Assembly (NCBI GenBank): GCA_032718475.1
Contig: JAUCBJ010001467.1
Coordinates: 1 to 36,006 of the forward strand
Direction: 5' to 3'
DNA length: 36,006 nucleotides
From: Nemertoderma westbladi
Lineage: Eukaryota > Animalia > Xenacoelomorpha
Every line of letters begins with the position of its first letter. Positions within the stretch are counted from its first letter, which is position 1. Below the pieces are notes generated by a model. The model saw nothing but the letters and a program-made list of their open reading frames with translations, was not told the origin of the DNA and did no database searches. Position numbers and translations under genes: made by a program. Positions 12,076-24,020 of the stretch are shown here, in pieces.

Positions 12076-12971
12076 TTATATTAAATTATCTTATAACTGA
12101 TTACTGGATGGTTTACTGACATGAAAATTATTTATAAATAATAAATTACAGAAAACGCAGATTTGTACAATTGTGAACACATTTTATCAAATGTGTACCA
12201 CTGTAATGTAATGTTGTTGAACGGGACAATTGAACATAATTGAACAGAATTGAATTGGCAACAACCAAAATTTTTTCGCCAAAAGGATACAATTGAATAC
12301 TTTTGAAACGCTTAGTAATCTGGAAACTCTCTGTAGTTTGCCGCTGTCACTCACTGCAGCTGGAAATGCGATAAGGATATTGTTTACCTTTATACAGTAG
12401 TGTGCGGTTAATAGTGTCTAGTAGGCAGGCCTATAGTTAGTGATGTTAAGGCATCTTCTGGTGTTTCTCTGTGCCCTCTCGGTGTCAGACTAATGGCGCG
12501 ACATCTCCCTGCACTAAATTAATTATTCAATGGTCTAGGCTCCTCCATCCACATACCCATCCACTCCCATACACTCAATGAACCTCCATGTGGTCTTGTA
12601 TGTAGTTCTCTCTCTACCAATACAGCCCATGTCCGCAATGTTACGCCCTGGGGGCTCTCTCATCTACCTGATATCAGACACACAGGCGCACCGCACACAA
12701 AGCCTTTGTCGGTCCCAGCAAGTTAGCCTCCTGCTATGTTATCTAGCAGATAACTCGCCATAACCTGCCAATCAGATGACTTGAACAAATGTGTTCACAT
12801 GTGATCACATTGGATGAAATCTGCTTTTTCTGGTGGCCTGTACAGTATTTATTAGATATTCCACAAATTTACTTAACTATACTTACTTCGCGATCCCGGA
12901 CAAAAAAGTCGGGATCGGGATCGAGACCGGGATTGCATTTTTGGCCGGGATCCCGGTTTTTCGGAAATTCC

Positions 12972-13969
12972 TTCTTGAGTTATGCCAACTTTTGTAATTT
13001 TCACCCACAATTTGAAAATTTATACTTTTGGTGCAGCACCACATTTAACACCAAAAAGACCATTAAATAACCAGAAATTTCGAAATATTTTGCCATTTTC
13101 GGAATCAGCGCCGAAAATTAGCCTATAGGTATCAAAACCGCAAAAGAAGACTAATTAATTTTAATTTAAAAACTAAAAATTTAAAAACTAACTAAACTAA
13201 TTTTTTTAAACAAAATTTCCAAATTCTATAAACACAATTTTTGCGCGGAAAATTCCTCTACATAATTCAGCAAACAGAACGAAAATCGATTGAGTAGTTA
13301 AAAAGTACACCATGTCCCGTAATATAGTGTCATTTTCTGATGACACGGACCCCCCCCCCCCCCAGATTTTTCTACGAATCTTTATCATATTGTTTGAACT
13401 TTGAAACACAACTAGTTCCACTCACCGTGGTTTTCACCATGAAGCCGTAATTTTCGATTTCGCCTTTAATTTTTTTAAAACGCTTATTAAAGAAATTTAA
13501 AGGCGGAATCGAAAATTCTGGCTTCATGATAACAACCACGGTGAGTGGAACTAGTGGAGGTTCAAATTTGAAGCAATATGATAAAGAGGGGGGGGGGGGG
13601 GGGGGGGGACCGTGTCATCAGAAAATGACACTATATTGCGGTTCATGGTGTATATAGAGAGAGTGTCCCAAAAAAAGCCAACACGAGAAATATGTATAAA
13701 AATTTCCTCCTTACAATAATTACAATACAATAGATCTGACCAAACATGCACCAAAAGTGAAATTTTTTAAAATTTTTCTAAAATTATCTTCTTATTGTGG
13801 TTTTGATACCTACAGGCTAATAATCGGTGCTGATTCCGAAAATGGCAAAATATTTCGACATTTCTGGGTGTTTGGTGGTCTTTTTTGGTGTCAAAGGTCC
13901 CGCCAAAATTTAAAATTTTCAAATTTTGGGTGAAAATTACAAAAGTTGCAAGTTGCCATAATTCGAGAA
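12972..13969. repeat. Diverged inverted repeat pair (about 12972-13150 / 13786-13969), DNA-transposon-derived
   Basis: CAACTTTTGTAATTTTCACCCA...GAAATATTTTGCCATTTTCGGAATCAGC...GGTATCAAAACC is mirrored on the opposite strand. A mariner-like end (GAGTGTCCCAAAAAAA) is at about 13661. Confidence 0.8.
13308..13650. mobile_element. Nearly palindromic 343-bp MITE, CAC...GTG termini, TA flanks
   Basis: TA|CACCATG..AATATAGTGTCATTTTCTGATGACACGG-polyC ... polyG-ACCGTGTCATCAGAAAATGACACTATATT..CATGGTG|TA; inner arms ACTAGTTCCACTCACCGTGGTT / AACCACGGTGAGTGGAACTAGT. Confidence 0.9.
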
Positions 13970-14671
13970 CTAAACAACTTATCGAAAAACTGATTTCAGA
14001 TTCGGAATCACCATAAAATTTTACATCGGAAAACACATTAAAACAAATCTGATGTGAATCTGAAAAGAGGCAAATTGTCGTTGGCAAATTATTTTAATAA
14101 TCAATATATTTTCCTCCATTTATATGTGTATATATATATAACAACAATCGATTTTTTTCTCAGTATAAGTAAGTATACGCAATTGTAAGTAAGGAAACAT
14201 AAGTATCAACAAAAGTAAACAAATAACGCAGAGAACACTAAAACTACGGAGAATCAATACTGCGGCACAGGTAGTAATAATTATAAAGTCATATTAAACG
14301 TTGAGATCAAAAAGATTAATTTTATTTACTCATAATTATTATACACCTGGTCCTGCAATATAGTGTCGTTATTCTGGTACATTAAGCTATTTTTCAACGA
14401 AGCTATTTTCCATTTTTCGAAATCAGATTGTGTTACATGTCTGGAATCCTTACACTAAGGTTGAAGAATAACTGCAATGTAACTGGTGTAATATCGACGG
14501 AGACAACTTTTTTAAAGATTCCGCCTATCTATGTCTCTGTTTCTAATTCCATGCAATCTCATTAAGATTTGTAAACAAAATTGGGCGTTGCAGCTACCCA
14601 AATAAAGACACAATATTCCAGGACATGGTGTATCCCGGTGCGCTAAGCGGCATAGTAACAGTGCGTGCCTG

Positions 14672-15736
14672 TTAAATAGCACTACAGTAGTACAAGGTTT
14701 TACGTCGAGGGGCAGTTCCAGCAGCCTCTGGGGCACTGGAGCGGGGGACAGCGCCCGTAGCTTGTGGGGCAATGGGGCGAGGGACAGTACCCGAGGGTTG
14801 GAGGGCACTGGAGCGGGGGGCAATGCCCGTAGAACTGGAACTGGAACAAACTGTGTGGAAATGGGCGGATTGGGGGCTCCACAACGCAGACTTATCTGCC
14901 TCCTTTGGTATAACGACTAACAGTTCAGTCTCCTTGCAAGCCAACGCCTCCCGCAGATAGAGTCGGAGATCTTCCACGCCTCCCAAGACTTCCGGTTGCT
15001 TCAACTTAGAGTCGAGATTTACATAGACCCCGCCGACATTTCGGACCGCTATCCAGTGTTTCCGTCGCACCGGTAGCGTCAGCGCTTTCCACGACATCCA
15101 CAAACTCACGTTCAATATGAATCCGATCGCCGCATCGGGTTGCAAAGTATCCACGTTGCGTCGTTTATCGAACCACACTGTCTCGCAGTTGCGGAGATGC
15201 AACGCGGACATTATTACGTTAACATCGTAGTTTCCGAGGCCCAGTAGACTGCGATGTGGGTTGAGCAGTCGTTCAGGGGACAGACTCTGACATATCTCGT
15301 CAAGGAGTTGCTTAGTGAAGGCGTGGCGGTCCTGGAAGAGGTTGTTTAGTGCGTGCAACGCGCAGAGTTCCCGGCTCTGCTTCTCGTGGTAGACCGCCGA
15401 CACATCGTACTCGAACCGTTGTCGACTGCAGCTTCCCGACAATCTACGCGCAGATCGACTACTCGTAGAATTACCCTTCGAGTGATCCAACATTTTGTTT
15501 CGTAGGTCCGGCGTCGGGATCGGGTTGGTCTCCGTTTCGGTCAGCACGTCCACGTCCACCGCTAGCGGCACCGGAAACAAACAACGTCGTAAAAAGGGTT
15601 TTACTTGTGCAGAAATTAGTAATACTGACCAATAAAATGATATGAGTTGCTTTCTGCAAATCGCCCACAAAATAATGCAAAGCGAAATTAAGGCACAAAC
15701 AACAATTACGTAGAAAAACAAAGCGACATATTGCAT
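14672..15736 (-). CDS. JOSD: Josephin-domain deubiquitinase (JOSD1/JOSD2-like), CDS without introns, with N- and C-terminal extensions
   Basis: VYHEKQSRELCALHALNNLFQ (catalytic Cys), NPHRSLLGLGNYDVNVIMSAL, KHWIAVR (His), YVNLDSKL (Asp); no UIMs or polyQ, so not ataxin-3. Alternative start at ATG 15493. Confidence 0.95.
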   Translation of the reverse strand: MQYVALFFYVIVVCALISLCIILWAICRKQLISFYWSVLLISAQVKPFLRRCLFPVPLAVDVDVLTETETNPIPTPDLRNKMLDHSKGNSTSSRSARRLSGSCSRQRFEYDVSAVYHEKQSRELCALHALNNLFQDRHAFTKQLLDEICQSLSPERLLNPHRSLLGLGNYDVNVIMSALHLRNCETVWFDKRRNVDTLQPDAAIGFILNVSLWMSWKALTLPVRRKHWIAVRNVGGVYVNLDSKLKQPEVLGGVEDLRLYLREALACKETELLVVIPKEADKSALWSPQSAHFHTVCSSSSSTGIAPRSSALQPSGTVPRPIAPQATGAVPRSSAPEAAGTAPRRKTLYYCSAI

Positions 15737-16449
15737 AACAAATAGACCCTACCCGTAGACCCAAAGTAGACCCTACCTGCTACCGGTAAAGAAGTAAAGG
15801 TAACAGAAACAAGATAAAACATAGGCCTAACAGCAATACAGCAATAAGCACATAGGCCTACGCATATTTCCGTACATGGCTGCATGGCATCATGGTACAT
15901 CTGTTGGGTATTCTCAGCGAGATTTGGCTGCTTTATGCAACCAAATATCGCTGGATAATACTAATGCTACACAACACAAGATTTACATGTACTGTTGTTG
16001 TACCGGTAAAACGAACTTCAGAACTTAGTTGCGAGCTTGCGCCTCTACTTAAATCATAAATCCTGAAATCTAACTGCTACTTATCTACTACCGGTACTGT
16101 ACTAGTGCATGTACAGATGTTGTCTGGTAGTGATTATTACTAGGCCTATCCCTATCTGCCTATATAGTACTCCACTCCTCACTACACACTACCTGACTAC
16201 TGTAGGCCTAAAGCTGTAAAGTAGATAAGAGCCTTTCTGCCTTTGGTACCGGACACAGACACCGGTCGGTCGGTAATCAGTAATGGTACAGCGGTACAGG
16301 TTATTAACTCATTTCAGCATTTGCAGTACCGTAGTCCAGGTAGTCAGTAGTAGTGGAGTGCGTAGGACTGTAGGACTCAACTACACTTCGCACTTGGTAG
16401 AACATAAAACACTGTAGCACTGCCTGACTGCGCACCCCTAATAATAAAA

Positions 16450-17434
16450 GGCAGTGATTTTTTATGTCCTTTTATTTCACTTTTTTGTCCGCCTTCAATG
16501 ACTTTTGTTGTCCCTTTAATGACTTTTTATGTATGTATTTCTTCAAACTGTCAGACTGATGATTTCTGGACTGTCAGACAGTTGATTTCACACTATGCCT
16601 GGAATTGGAATTTGGAATTTTTAATTCTACATTAATCAGTTAAAACAAGCACTAAGGGTAGAATTAAAATATAACATATGAAGTGTAAGGTAAAGGTAAA
16701 GGAAACAAACCAATGTACAGTATGGTATTGCCTGTGCCAAAACATTCAAAATTTGTTGATTTCTTGACTGTCAGACAGTTTAATTTACAATAATTGTGGC
16801 AAAACATTCAAAATTCCATAATTTATAGACTATGACCCTATGAGATAGATTTCCATATGCGCCTGTAGTAAAAGACTCTAAATATAATAGTTTCTGGTTG
16901 TTGTCGATAATCGATTGTCAAATGACGTAGCAAAACACTCATTTTATAGCCAAAAACAATTACCAATTGATGGAAAGGAGCAGGTTAGAGAGGCCGGATT
17001 TTCTAACCAAAACAATAAACAGTCACTTTACCAAATGGAGGAAAGGAGCAGGTTACAGAGGCGGGCCTTTCTAACCAAAACAATAAACGGTCACTTTACC
17101 AAATCAGGGAACGGAGCAGGTTACAGAGGCGAGATTGTCTAACCAAAACAATAAAAGATCATTTAACTACTTGAGGGAAAGGAGCAGGTTACAGAGGCGG
17201 ATATATTCTTTAGCAGTTGTATATATCCTTTATTGGGACAATTTCTTTGATTTTTAGCTAAAACCGGCCCAATATTTTCGATATCAGTGTGTTTTATTCG
17301 TAGATTTAGTAAATTTTTCGAACACATTGTATGTGGACTGATCTGTTTATAGTTTAGAACTACATTATACAGTAGATTTAGAGGTACCACTACAGCTACC
17401 CATAACATTACAGTACAGTAGTCATGATCCATTT
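16450..17434 (+). repeat. Dispersed repeat A (copy 1), containing four tandem 68-bp units
   Basis: Begins GGCAGTGATTTTTTATGTCC; aligns in reverse with 23368-23974; units GGAGCAGGTTA(C/G)AGAGGC...CTAACCAAAACAATAAA start at 16977, 17045, 17113, 17181. Confidence 0.88.
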
Positions 17435-17610
17435 TAAATGCATTATCCAGATATGTATCAATTATCTAAAACTTATTAATGATTTAAAAGGTACCGGTAT
17501 CTGTATCTATTGTACAGTAGCTGACTGTTATAATGCTATATAATTATTTCTAAGGCATAGGCTTTATACCTACATACAATACATCAATACTGCAAAATAC
17601 TGCTCTATAT

Positions 17611-20600
17611 GGTAGGTGCTGAAATGCACAACGAGCAACAATGACTAACAACGAGCAACAACGAGTAACAATGACCAACAACGAGCAACAATGAGCAACG
17701 ACGAGCAACAATGAGCAACAACGAGCAATAATAAAGTACAACAACTACTGTAGCAACAACGAACAACAATGACCATGCAACAACGAACAACAACGAGCAA
17801 CAATGAGTAACAACGAACAACAACGAGCAACAATGAGCAACAATAAGCAAAAACGAGCAACAATGAGCAACAACGAGCAACGACGAGCAACAATCAGCAA
17901 CAACGAGCAATAATAAAGTACACCAACTAGCAACAACGAACAACAATGAGCAACAACGAGCAACAACGAACAACAACGAGCAAGAACGAGCAACTATGAG
18001 CAACAACGAGCAACAATGAGCAACAATGAGCAACAACGAGCAATAATGAGCAACAATGAGCAACGACGAACAACAATGAGTAACACCGAGCAATAATAAT
18101 GTACACCAACTAGCAACAACGAACAACAATGAGCAACAACGAGCAACAACAAACAACAACGAGCAAGAACGAGCAACAACGAACAACAATGAGCAACAAT
18201 GAGCAACAACGAGCAATAATAAAGTACAACAACTAGCAACAATGACCAACAACGAACACCAATGAGCAACAACTAACAACAATGAGCAACAACGAGCAAC
18301 AATGAGCAACAACGAACAACAATGAGCAACAACGAGCAACAATGAGCAACAACGAACAACAACGAGCAACAACGAGCAACAATGAGCAACAACGAATAAC
18401 AACGAGCAACAATGAGCAACAACGAGCAATAATAAAGTACAACAACTAGCAACAATGAGCAACAACGAACACCAATGAGCAACAACGAACAACAATGAGC
18501 AACAACGAACAACAACGAGCAACAATGAGCAACAATGAGCAACAACGAACAACAAAGAGCAACAATGAGCAACAACGAGCAACAATAAGCAACATTGAAC
18601 AACAACGAACAACAACGAGCAACAATGAGCAACAACGAGTAATAATAAAGTAGAACAACTAGAAACAATGAGCGACAATGAACAACAACGAGGAACACTC
18701 AGCAACAACGAACAACAACGAGCAACAATGAGCAACAACGAGCAACAATGAGCAACAACGAGCAACAATGAGCAACGACAACCAGCAACAATATAGTATA
18801 ATCTTAAAAAAAACACTGTTTGAAGGAAATGTATCTTCTCCTACAATTCTAAACAATTCTAAATAAAGTGATATGTCGAATAGATCCTCCCTATGGGCGG
18901 GTGTCGACAGAATTTTGATTGAGTGAATTCTACGAGTATGATCGGTCATTCTAGAATTCATTTCACTGTCCGATAATTATTACACGTTGTTGTTCGTTGT
19001 TGCTCATTATTGCTCGTTGTTGCTCATTGTTGCTCATTGTTGCTCGGTGTTGCTCATTGTTTCTCGCTGTTGATCATTGTTGCTCGTTGTTTCTCATTGT
19101 TGCTCGTTGTTATTTGTTGTTATGCTGATTGTTGCTCGTTATTGCTCAGTGATGCTCGTTGTTGCAAATTGGAGCTCGTTGTTGCACATTGGTGCTCGTT
19201 GTTGCTCATTGTTGCTCATTGTTGCTCGTTGTTGTACTTTATTATTGCTCATTGTTCCTTGTTGGTGCTCATTGTTGTGCTTTATTATTGCTCGTTGTTG
19301 TTCATTGTTGCTCGTTGTTGCTCATTGTTGCTCGTTGTTGCTCATTGTTGCTCGCTGTTGCTCATTCAGTCATTGTTACTCGTTGTTGTACTTTATTATT
19401 GCTCGTTGTTGCTCATGTGCTCGTTGTTGCTCTTTATCGCTCATTGTTGCTCATACTTGCTCGTTGTTGCTCATTGTTGCTCGTTGTTGTACTTTATTAT
19501 TGCTCATTGTTCCTTGTTGGTGCTCATTGTTGTGCTTTATTATTGCTCGTTGTTGTTCATTGTTGCTCGTTGTTGCTCATTGTTGCTCGTTGTTGCTCAT
19601 TTTTGCTCGTTGTTGCTAATTATTGCTCGTTGTTGCTCGTTGTTGCTAATTGTTGCTCGTTGTTGCTCATTGTTGCTCGTTGTTTCTCATTGTTGCTCGT
19701 TGTTATTTGTTGTTATGCTGATTGTTGCTCGTTATTGCTCAGTGATGCTCGTTGATGCTCATTGTTGTTCATTGTTGCTCATTGTTGCTCGTTGTTGTAC
19801 TTTATTATTGCTCATTGTTCCTTGTTGGTGCTCATTGTTGTGCTTTATTATTGCTCGTTGTTGTTCATTGTTGCTCGTTGTTGCTCATTGTTGCTAGGTG
19901 TTGCTCATTGTTGCTCGCTGTTGCTCATTCAGTCATTGTTACTCATTGTTGTACTTTATTATTGCTCGTTGTTGCTCATTGTTGCTCGTTGTTGCTCTTT
20001 ATCGCTCATTGTTGCTCATTGTTGCTCGTTGTTGCTCGTTGTTGTTCATTGTTGCTCGTTGTTGTACTTTATTATTGCTCGCTGTTGCTCATTGTTGCTC
20101 CGTTGTTGCTCGGTGTTGCTCATTGTTGCTCTTTGTCGCTCATTGTTGCTCATTGTTGCTCGTTGTTGCTCATTGTTGCTCGTTGTTGTACTTTATTATT
20201 GCTCCGTTGTTGCTCATTGTTGTTCGTTTCGTTGTTGCTCGTTGTTGCTCATTGTTGCTCTTTGTCGCTCATTGTTGCTCGTTGTTGCTCATTGTAGCTC
20301 GTTGTTGCTCATTGTTGCTCGTTGTTGCTAATTGTTGCTCGTTGTTGCTCATTGTTGCTCGTTGTTGCTCATTGTTGCTCGTTGTTGGTCATTGTTGCTC
20401 ATTGTTGCTCATTGTTGCTCGTTGTTGTTAATTGTTGCTCGTTGTTGCTCATTGTTGCTCGTTGTTGCTCATTGTTGCTCGTTGTTGCTCATTGTTGCTC
20501 GTTGTTGCTCATTGTTGCTCGTTGTTGGTCATTGTTGCTCATTGTTGCTCATTGTTGCTCGTTGTTGCTAATTGTTGCTCGTTGTTGCTCATTTGTTGCT

Positions 20601-20733
20601 CGTTGTTGCTCATTGTTGCTCGTTGTTGCTCATTGTTGCTCGTTGTTGCTAATTGTTGCTCGTTGTTGCTCATTGTTGCTCGTTGTTGCTCATTGTTGGT
20701 CATTGTTGCTCGTTGTGCATTTTAGTACCTACC
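17611..20733. mobile_element. Foldback-like element: unique TIR tips, inverted arms of a 10-bp satellite, about 190-bp spacer
   Basis: Left tip GGTAGGTGCTGAAATGCACAACGAGC; right tip reverse complement GGTAGGTACTAAAATGCACAACGAGC. (GAGCAACAAY)n at about 17630-18791, its complement (RTTGTTGCTC)n at about 18985-20716. No convincing TSD. Confidence 0.88.
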
Positions 20734-20920
20734 ACTTTTCATGCCCTATAATTTTTACTTTTTATGAGATATATTATTCCTTTAATTAATAATAATAATA
20801 ATAATTACCTTTAATGCCCTATATAATTTTATTACTTTTTATGCCCTATATCTTTTACTTATTTGCCCTATATTTATGTAGGCCTAACTGAAACACGGTA
20901 AAATGTACAACCTACAGTAT

Positions 20921-21260
20921 AGATAGATAGATAAATTTATTTATACATTATGTAAAAACAATAACAAATACACCAAACAATGTAACCGGTATAAAGGTAT
21001 TGTCCAACATAACATAATAGGATTACCCCTAAAGCTTTGCAGCTTATTTCCAAGGGGGTCCTTTATGTTACTTGGTTACAAATACAATATTAAACTACGC
21101 TAACCTAAAACTAATAAAACGTAATTACACTATGTATACATGTACAACTTTACCAAGAGTGTGACAATGCCCGAGTCAACGATAAAGATGTAATGTACAG
21201 AACAATTTATTATAAAACGTATTTACAGTATAAATAGTAAATAATTAATAAACTAATAAC
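20921..21260 (-). mobile_element. LINE 3' end (L2/CR1-like 3' UTR); upstream boundary approximate
   Basis: Minus strand has hairpin GGACCCCCTTGGAAATAAGC...GCTTTAGGGGTAATCC, then AATAAA and a (TATC)n tail. Confidence 0.65.
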
Positions 21261-21419
21261 TTACTGTAGACCTAATGCAGTACCGGTGTCCTAGGCGATT
21301 CTGCCCCCCCCCCCCCCCCCACACCCACCCCGCGCGGGATGCCTCCCCCCTCCCCTCCCTATAGACTTACAGTCGTACATATACTGTTGTAGTACAGTCT
21401 GACAGTAGGGCCTGCAGTA

Positions 21420-21830
21420 GGGGTGCAGGGTACTGCAGCGTTTAGGTCCCGTACTGCCATAGCTTTAGGTCCTGGCTCATAGGCCCTGTCTGCCTGTAGC
21501 TTAGTAGCTTTGGGTCTTGGCGCATTAGGTCCTAACGTTATGCGTTATGTCCTGCAGCATATCTGACTGGTTTTCTATTCACTGATTCTACAATATTCCC
21601 AACTCTCGTTTATTGTTTTGGTTCCTTTCAACTCGCCTTTGTAACATGATCCTTTACTAACCTGCCTGGTTTTTGAGGCAGACTGGACCTACTGACCTAA
21701 CAGCGTAATGGCACTGACCTAACGCTACCAGGACCTGACGCCACGGACCTAATGCTACTGTACCAGGACTTAATGCCGGACCTAAAGCTATCAGGAACTA
21801 TAGCGCCTGGACCTAATGCACCACAACCCC
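21420..21830. mobile_element. Degenerate MITE with subterminal inverted TAGGTCC / GGACCTA repeats
   Basis: Several (GC)NTTAGGTCC at left, several GGACCTAA(NGC) at right, GGGGT...ACCCC ends, one copy of the 68-bp module in the middle. Confidence 0.6.
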
Positions 21831-23367
21831 GTACAGTTTAACTTCTGAAGTTAGATTTATTTGTTTATTTTTTTGGTTAGGGTTAGTTGGTCAGGCCTAA
21901 ACCCTTATTAAAACTGCCACGTAACCCTAACCATCCATTGACCAACTAACCACTAACCAACCATTAGGCTATGTAATCTAAGAAAGTTTGTGAAATCTTC
22001 GATATCCCATTAATATGGTCAATTTCTTAATTACGTCGTTTTAGTTTAGTTTAACATTGATTTTATTGAACATCGAAGTTCACCCAATTGGGCAACAAAC
22101 ATAATGCTTATAACTGTATAAGCATAATTACGTCGTTTTACTGTAGTTTAATTTGTAATTGCAATAGGCCTAGTGCAGTAGTGGATTTCTTTTTACTGTA
22201 CTTATCAGTGTTAATTCTTTCATTTGAATACCTGTATTTGTAATTCGCTAATTAACTTTCTACTGTAGTTAACTTATTCAACTGTGTATGTACATTAATA
22301 TGGTCAATTTCATAATTATTACGTTTTTTGTTTAATTTGTAATTGTAATATACTGATATAGACCTAGTGAATTTCTATCAGTACTTATCAGTATTAATTG
22401 TTCATTTGACTTTTGGATTATAATCGATAATTTCTTATTGTTGTGTATTACTGTATAAATTCCAAAGTGTTTCTGACATAGGCAGGTGTACTTGAGTTTA
22501 TTGCTAACAGTAATACAGCAGGCCTAAAGCAACTGTCTGACAGTCGAGTATATAGGAGTTTTGGCTTTTGCTAGTCCGAAAAATATAGGGCATAAAAGTA
22601 CAGAAGTATTAGAAAAAAATATAGGGCATTTGAGTAAAAAATATAGGGCAAAAAAAGTAAAAAATATAGGGCAAAAAAATAACCGCCATACATATAGGCC
22701 AAACATGCAGGAAGACCTCCTGTGACATGAACAGAATGTCAATATGTGGAATGTGAAAGCCAGAAAGCGGGAAAGCAAACACACCCTATGTCAATATTTA
22801 AATTAAATCATATATTTCAATGCCCATTAAACCTTAACTTTATGTCTGGCTTCAAACATCAAATAAGAAAGATTTGTTAAAATTAACTTTGAGAAAAATT
22901 TGATTTATAGATAGGATCTCAGACAGGGATGGTAACATTGCCTGGCTAGTGGATGCACAAGTCCCTAAAAGGTGCCACCCTGCTCCATAGCGCGGGAAAT
23001 TCAAATGATTGAAAGACATGTAATTTGTACTGGAAAGGGTGGCAGATCAGATCTGCCACCTATATTTTGGCGGTAAATTCAAATCTGTTTTAACATTGAA
23101 TACATGAATAGAGTACAGTAAGACTAATGTAATTCATTGAATCAGAATAAATTATTTCTTATAATATACAGGGATAGAAGTTAAGTCAAATCCCCCAATC
23201 CCCCCCCCCTCCCCCTCAATTTTAAATTTTGCTCGAAGTCCCAGACTACAGTAGTTAACCAGTCAGCTTAGTTGTTCACGTGATGCTCGAATGATTGATT
23301 ACTGACATGACTGATTGGAGGCCAAACTGGATTGTGGAAAATGTGGATATACCTTTCACATATCAGT

Positions 23368-23974
23368 TTTATAATGGATCATGACTACTGTCTTCTACTA
23401 ACCGGCCTGACTACTCCTTTCCCTCAATTACTTAAGTGATCGTTTATTGTTTTGGTTAGGAAATCCCGCCTCTGTAACCTGCTCCTTTCCCTGATTTGGT
23501 AAAGTGACCGTTTATTGTTTTGGTTAGAAAGGCTGGTCTCTGTAACCTGCTCCTTTATTTATTTTATACATTTATTGTTTTGGTTAGAAAATCCGGCCTT
23601 AACCTGCTCCTTTCCATCAATTGGTAATTGTTTTTGGCTATAAAATGAGTGTTTTACTACGTCATGTGGTAATCGATTATCGACAACAACCACAAACTAT
23701 TAAATATAGAGTCTTTTACCACAGGCACATATGGAAATCTATCTCATAGTCTATAAATCATGGAATTTTGAATGTTTTGGCACAGGCATAGTGAAACCAA
23801 CTGTCTGACAGTCCAGAAATCATCAGTCTGACAGTTTGAAGAAATACATACATACATAAAAAGTCATTAAAGGACAACAAAAGTCATTCAAGGGACAACA
23901 AAAGTCATTATGCACAATTCGTAAAAAAAGGAGGACAAAAAAAGTCAAATAACAGGACATAAAAAATCACTGCC
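23368..23974 (-). repeat. Dispersed repeat A (copy 2, inverted)
   Basis: Ends GGACATAAAAAATCACTGCC; reverse complement of 16450-17434 with indels. Confidence 0.88.
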
Positions 23975-24020
23975 GTATTCAATGTTAAAACAGATTTGAA
24001 TTTACCGCCAAAATTTAGGT

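Larger units (their letters stand above)
20734..22700. repeat. Inverted short arrays of TGCCCTATA(T) units (20734-20885 versus 22580-22700)
   Basis: ACTTTT-TGCCCTATA units on the left, TATAGGGCA-AAAAGT units on the right. The right terminus read inward (GGCGGTTATTTTTTTGCCC) resembles the repeat A terminus. Confidence 0.6.

Noticed and set aside
12660-12840. Possible PHD-like remnant (DFIQCD...FVCG) on the minus strand
   Set aside because: Needs frameshifts and is too short to support.
16555-16600. CTGATGA hammerhead ribozyme core
   Set aside because: No properly placed GAAA or stem II follows; part of repeat A.
17630-20716. CRISPR-like or telomeric array
   Set aside because: No unique spacers between repeats, eukaryotic context, unit is not telomere-like.
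17550-20789. Many long Leu/Val/Cys-rich ORFs (up to 403 aa)
   Set aside because: Translation artefacts of the 10-bp satellite, open in all three frames on the T-rich strand of each arm.
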